Of a stretch of DNA of 64,000 nucleotides, positions 62,763-64,000 are shown in pieces. The stretch is from an uncultured Planctomycetota bacterium (GTDB taxonomy: Bacteria > Planctomycetota > Planctomycetia > Isosphaerales > Isosphaeraceae): the NCBI GenBank assembly GCA_963823665.1, contig CAWGMQ010000011.1:576001-640000 (forward strand). Direction: 5' to 3'. The number at the start of each line of letters is the position of its first letter. Position 1 is the first letter of the stretch. A model generated the notes under the pieces. It did no database searches. It worked only from the letters and a program-made list of their open reading frames with translations, and was not told the DNA's origin. The translations under genes and the position numbers were made by a program.

Positions 62763-62780
62763 ACTTGACGTAAGTCAAGT
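62763..62780. promoter_or_regulatory. Palindromic operator ACTTGAC-GTAA-GTCAAGT overlapping a TTGACT -35 on the minus strand
   Basis: Perfect 7-bp inverted repeat upstream of the antitoxin locus. Confidence 0.55.
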
Positions 62781-62927
62781 GGAACCGTTTGGGCGTATAT
62801 GGCTGGCATTTTTTATTGACAAATACAGTGTAAGTACCTGGCTGAGATCCGGCAATTGCCGACCGCAGACCCTGGCATCGGTTGCACGACTACGTCATCA
62901 TGGAATGGGAAAACATGAGAGACCGTC

Positions 62928-63581
62928 ATGCCAAGGCTGATCGTTGAAACGCGCGCACGTTGGTCCGCGTTGTTCCGGTTTCTCCGGAAATCGACGACTC
63001 ATGCCTCGATCGGGGGGAAGCCGTGGGCTGAGGCGGAAACGCAGTGGCCCGTATGCCGGACGTGTGCGAGCCCGATGCAGTTCCTCGCCCAATTCCCGTT
63101 GTCGGAATGCGGCGTCGAGGGCGTTGCGGAACGCGGCCAAACACTACTGTTGTTCCAATGCCAGAGTCAACCGGGAATGTGTGAGGAATGGGAGGCGAAC
63201 GGCGGCGGCAATGCCGCGCTGCTCGGAGGGACCTCCGCCCTACAGCAGATGACGGTACCGCCGGGTGCGACGCTGCTCGACGCCGAGTCGGTTGTCGACT
63301 TTCGCAAGTATGACGATGCACGACAGGCCGAAACCGACGATGATGCATATTGCCACGCGCTGGATGCCGATCCCAAGGTGCTCGGGAAACTTGGCGGGCG
63401 TCCGCTCTGGATTCAAGCAGACGAGACGCCGCTTTGCGATTGTGGTGCGCCGGCTGCCTTCGTCGCGCACGTCGAAAGTCGTGGCGGCGGCGGTATCAAT
63501 TTCGGCGACAACGGGAGCGGTTACGCTTTCGTCTGCGTGAGATGCCCGCGTTCGGCGAAGTTCTTGTGGCAGTGTTTGTGA
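62928..63581 (+). CDS. YwqG/DUF1963-like protein
   Basis: SIGGKPW...WPVCRTCASPMQFLAQ, KLGGRPLWIQ, NFGDNGSGY. Confidence 0.7.
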   Translation: MPRLIVETRARWSALFRFLRKSTTHASIGGKPWAEAETQWPVCRTCASPMQFLAQFPLSECGVEGVAERGQTLLLFQCQSQPGMCEEWEANGGGNAALLGGTSALQQMTVPPGATLLDAESVVDFRKYDDARQAETDDDAYCHALDADPKVLGKLGGRPLWIQADETPLCDCGAPAAFVAHVESRGGGGINFGDNGSGYAFVCVRCPRSAKFLWQCL

Positions 63582-63767
63582 TCCAGCGCCCGAACTTGTG
63601 GGCACGCGCTTCAAGCTCGTCCCGATTCAGCATGACAAGACGACGTGGGCAGCCATCGCCCCGGCGATTGATGATGTGTTCACCAAACACGATCGGTGGC
63701 GGATTGGGCGGCCAGGATCTGTAAATTCGTTGCCTCGCGCGGCGAGAAACGCAGGATTCGCAGGCGA

Positions 63768-63797
63768 TTGACAATATAGGAAATATCCTATAGGATA
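63768..63797 (+). promoter_or_regulatory. Sigma70-type promoter with an internal operator
   Basis: TTGACA-N17-TAGGAT. The inverted repeat ATAGGA-AATA-TCCTAT (63776-63791) lies between the boxes. Confidence 0.7.
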
Positions 63798-63810
63798 AGG
63801 AAATACCCAA

Positions 63811-64000
63811 GTGGAGGAAGAACACGAGCGGGAAACTCCCGTGATCAGGCCGCTGGTGTGGCTGCGGAACACGCGAAGCAACATAAAGGCGTTTCCCGCT
63901 GGAGCGAGGAAGATTGTTGGCGACGAACTCCAACTGATCCAGTTCGGGGGTATGCCCAAGGATGCTAAGCATTTCAAAGGAGTCGGAAGCGGCGTGATCG
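63811..64000 (+). CDS. RelE/ParE-superfamily (gp49/DUF891-like) toxin, runs off the window
   Basis: GTG start after TAAGGA. RPLVWLRNTRSNIKAFPAGARKIVGDELQLIQFGGMPKDAKHFKGVGSGV. Absent from the ORF track. Confidence 0.82.
   Translation, partial: MEEEHERETPVIRPLVWLRNTRSNIKAFPAGARKIVGDELQLIQFGGMPKDAKHFKGVGSGVI

Noticed and set aside
1..64000. tRNA/rRNA genes, prophage, autonomous IS
   Set aside because: No such sequences or transposase/phage proteins were recognised by eye. tRNAscan or ISEScan would confirm.

Overview
GC-rich bacterial DNA whose gene content points to a planctomycete, probably Isosphaerales/Gemmatales-like. Indicators are an ECF sigma with Ser/Thr kinase-TPR genes, DUF4058, DUF3500, PEP-CTERM, doubled signal peptidase I and planctomycete-type REP palindromes. 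About ten otherwise intact genes carry single-base frameshifts, several in homopolymers, most simply explained by long-read consensus errors. The housekeeping or ordinary content is a tricorn protease, rsmE, lepA-lepB-lepB-lptB, a GT9 heptosyltransferase, an NtrC-type two-component pair, four Ser/Thr kinases and TPR proteins. The accessory content is a Septu-like PtuA/PtuB pair, a three-gene B12-radical SAM operon, toxin-antitoxin remnants and an orphan-gene block. The most striking item is invisible in the ORF track: a complete 733-nt ORF-less group II intron (3626-4358) inserted into the terminus of a ~150-bp MITE/REPIN-like element. An empty, inverted copy of that element at 131-325 fixes the splice junction exactly. 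The intron's EBS1/EBS2 are complementary to the element's terminal motif, and both of its boundaries are non-canonical (UUGCG...GC). The two element copies bracket a pair of prenyltransferase/squalene-cyclase-repeat genes.
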